A program made the position numbers and the translations under genes. Of a stretch of 32,000 bases of DNA, positions 31,200 through 32,000 are shown piece after piece. The stretch's first letter is position 1. The number at the start of each line of letters is the position of its first letter. The notes under the pieces were generated by a model. The model saw nothing but the letters and a program-made list of their open reading frames with translations. It had not been told where the DNA came from and made no database searches. The DNA comes from Ignicoccus pacificus DSM 13166 (GTDB lineage Archaea > Thermoproteota > Thermoprotei_A > Sulfolobales > Ignicoccaceae): assembly GCA_025340205.1 (NCBI GenBank), contig CP006868.1, positions 1,320,001 to 1,352,000 on the forward strand. Direction: 5' to 3'.

Positions 31200-32000
31200 T
31201 TGAGAGGAGTCGCTTGCTACGATCAAGTGGGCTCAAAGGTTCCTTGCGCGTCCTTCGAGGCCTCGCTCGAGGAAGGGATAAACGTAATCCATTCCCCCAA
31301 CGGCTCTGGAAAGAGCACCTTCCTCACCTTGCTTCATCCCTTAGCTTACGCTTGGAGCGCTTTGGGAAGCTATGCAGAGCCCTTGCTAAGGCTCAGCTTC
31401 GTGAGCTACCTTTCCCTAAAATGGCCGCTACCGGCGGTAGGCTACGTGGAACTGGACGAGGGAAGGCTCCTCTGGTATAGGAAAGAATCCCTTGCCGAGT
31501 CCCTTTCCTCCACCTTCGGCTTTGAGGACTTGCTCGAACAAGCGAAGGGTTGTCAAGGAGCGCTGGAGCTGGAGGGAGGGGACTACAGCTTCAGCGGCCT
31601 CCCCAACACGGAGTTCCGATTCGCTTACTTGGGAATGGGAAGGGCTTGCGGAACGGCCTCCCACGAGAAGTTGGTCCTATCCTCCGACATAACGCTCACA
31701 GAGAAGTACTCCGCTTACCACTCACCTCATCTAGCCCTCGTCCTAAACCTCCTCAAGGCCACCTTCATAGAGCTCGTGAGGTACAAGGCATATACAGATG
31801 AAGCGTTAGAGGAATTGAAGGTCGTGATACCTAACTTGGTAGACGTGAGGTTAAGCGAGGGGATCTACAAGGTTGCCTTCGTGGTAAAGGAAGGAGGAGA
31901 GGAGGTGGAGCTGGAGCCTTGGAGCCTTGGAGACGGCCAAAGGTCCTTGCTCGCCCTAAAAGCCTTGAGGAGCATGTTCGGCGATAAGAGAGGCCTATTC
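31200..32000 (+). CDS. AAA_21/ABC-like ATPase (N-terminal part; continues beyond window end)
   Basis: The frame is open to the window end and so is not in the ORF track. It reads (M)RGVACYDQVGSKVPCASFEASLEEGINVIHSPNGSGKSTFL (Walker A) ... LEPWSLGDGQRSLLALKAL (ABC-signature-like). The start is assigned to a TTG near 31200. My base-by-base reading of 31200-31441 disagreed with the supplied ORF track by 1 nt, so coordinates and frame continuity there are +/-1. Confidence 0.6.
   Translation, partial: MRGVACYDQVGSKVPCASFEASLEEGINVIHSPNGSGKSTFLTLLHPLAYAWSALGSYAEPLLRLSFVSYLSLKWPLPAVGYVELDEGRLLWYRKESLAESLSSTFGFEDLLEQAKGCQGALELEGGDYSFSGLPNTEFRFAYLGMGRACGTASHEKLVLSSDITLTEKYSAYHSPHLALVLNLLKATFIELVRYKAYTDEALEELKVVIPNLVDVRLSEGIYKVAFVVKEGGEEVELEPWSLGDGQRSLLALKALRSMFGDKRGLF

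Noticed and set aside
31200-31441. An apparent frameshift in the terminal AAA_21-like ATPase, plus a 1-nt coordinate offset relative to the ORF track.
   Set aside because: My manual indexing put the TTG of track ORF 31214-31480 at 31213, and I read an extra G at 31440/31441. Both discrepancies fall at line breaks. The two track ORFs (31214-31480 + and 31428-31664 -) agree with each other on a sequence in which the ATPase frame is continuous. I therefore treat this as my reading error, not a pseudogene, and flag +/-1 nt uncertainty.
1-32000. A CRISPR array that would accompany the cas10/cmr3-like genes.
   Set aside because: I scanned the non-coding stretches (3546-3712, 7250-7371, 13605-13758, 26725-27114, 29963-31200) and the low-complexity regions for three or more evenly spaced 24-40 nt direct repeats. 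I found none. The only repetitive DNA is the codon-level repetition inside the Thr-rich genes.

Overview
This is a compact, gene-dense archaeal chromosome segment, most likely from Thermoprotei/Crenarchaeota. The taxonomic call rests on a cdvA-cdvB-cdvC (ESCRT-type) division operon, a PaREP1 family gene, topoisomerase VI subunit B, class I LysRS, the AGOG glycosylase, a two-CPYC protein disulfide oxidoreductase, AGG/AGA-rich codon usage, and many GTG/TTG starts with 4-nt overlaps. Most genes are housekeeping: lysK, a pterin-binding DHPS-like protein, rhomboid protease, hypF, panB, a metallophosphoesterase, a THUMP protein, PDO, HIT, cdvABC, top6B and rpl35ae. I found no rRNA, tRNA or CRISPR array. 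The most unusual element is a minus-strand operon at 8345-13604. It encodes a 1149-aa Cas10/Cmr2-like protein that keeps its HD motif, Zn knuckles and DxD, but reads AGDE where GGDD is expected. That gene overlaps a Cmr3/Cas5-like gene, which lies 6 nt from the 8-oxoguanine glycosylase AGOG. No Cas7 backbone genes, cas6, adaptation genes, CARF effector or array occur anywhere in the window. Other points of interest:
- a G16 homopolymer next to a TATA box
- two paralogous Thr/Val-rich surface proteins 19 kb apart
- an AT-rich beta-propeller gene wedged between a KaiC-like ATPase and lysK
- a possible frameshifted membrane-protein gene upstream of cdvA
- a ferredoxin-HIT fusion
- a ThiI-like protein with a degenerate PP-loop
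- an accessory 3' end with VapBC, PaREP1, a decayed ATPase and a truncated AAA_21-like ATPase

All functional calls come from motif recognition by eye; no searches were run.
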